Virus record (IMG/VR): IMGVR_UViG_3300029706_000090 | Location: 1-5,088 of that record | Direction: 5' to 3' (one strand) | DNA length: 5,088 bases | Source: a virus | In this document: positions 4,837-5,088 of the stretch, piece by piece | How positions within the stretch are numbered: the stretch's first letter is position 1 | Layout: each line of letters starts with the position of its first letter | Position numbers and translations under genes: made by a program | The notes under the pieces: model-generated | What the model was told of the DNA's origin: nothing | Databases searched by the model: none | Seen by the model: only the letters and a program-made list of their open reading frames with translations

Positions 4837-4965
4837 TTAACTGCGACCGGGAATCCAGCGGCGGAGAACACGAAGCACAATGCCCGCGATAGCGATAATC
4901 ACGAAGACAAGCAGAATCGGCTGCGATTCATAGAAATCAATAAGCTGACCCATCCAAGTGATCAT
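4837..4965 (-). CDS. 42-aa pVIII-like coat protein candidate. Sequence: MITWMGQLIDFYESQPILLVFVIIAIAGIVLRVLRRWIPGRS.
   Basis: Not in the ORF track. It has the canonical major-coat layout: an acidic amphipathic N-terminus (D10, E13), a hydrophobic core, and a basic C-terminus (four Arg). It is followed by the 19-bp hairpin, which is reminiscent of the structure after gVIII in Ff. There is no clear SD, so the start is uncertain. Confidence 0.4.
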   Translation of the reverse strand: MITWMGQLIDFYESQPILLVFVIIAIAGIVLRVLRRWIPGRS

Positions 4966-4995
4966 CGAAGTGAAGAATTCACCGACCAAGGAAAG

Positions 4996-5088
4996 CAGAG
5001 TTGCAAGAATAGAGGAAGTAGCGGTCTGAAGTCATCATCCTTTCATAAAAATATTTATGGCACATGTCACGGTCGAAGCATGAGAACC
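4996..5088. repeat. Second copy of the 93-bp terminal repeat (equals 1-93)
   Basis: Exact identity with 1-93, offset 4995. Confidence 0.95.

Noticed and set aside
4979-5038. 19-aa mini-ORF (MMTSDRYFLYSCNSAFLGR) preceded by AAAGGA, on the minus strand; the same sequence recurs in the first copy of the repeat
   Set aside because: The SD-like motif directly abuts the ATG with 0-2 nt spacing, the ORF is very short, and it overlaps the dif-like motif. It is probably noncoding.

Overview
The window is a complete, circularly permuted replicon of about 4995 bp: bases 1-93 recur exactly at 4996-5088. Its gene content matches a small inovirus-like (filamentous ssDNA phage-like) element of the secretin-less type found in Gram-positive or monoderm hosts. 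Every supported gene is on the minus strand, in one promoter-to-terminator unit that runs around the circle. In transcription order: a sigma70-like promoter at 3906-3878; a Rep_trans (pT181 RepC-like) rolling-circle initiator with an RIYNK tyrosine motif; a gpV-like ssDNA-binding protein; an embedded tRNA-Gln(CUG); a pIII-like adsorption protein with signal peptide and C-terminal membrane anchor; four tiny, translationally coupled hydrophobic coat-type ORFs (43, 55, 37 and 42 aa, all below the ORF-track cutoff); a 205-aa acidic tail-anchored protein; and a short Zot/pI-like P-loop assembly ATPase with an N-terminal instead of a C-terminal transmembrane segment. The unit ends in a strong bidirectional intrinsic terminator at 4089-4141. 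Noncoding structures are GC-rich hairpins in the 182-nt intergenic region (ori candidates), a 19-bp hairpin between the coat-like gene and the Zot-like gene, and a dif-like CATAA-N6-TTATG motif inside the terminal repeat. No integrase, secretin, CRISPR or insertion sequence was seen. The plus-strand ORFs in the track are antisense artefacts. Protein-family calls rest on motifs recognised by eye, not searches.
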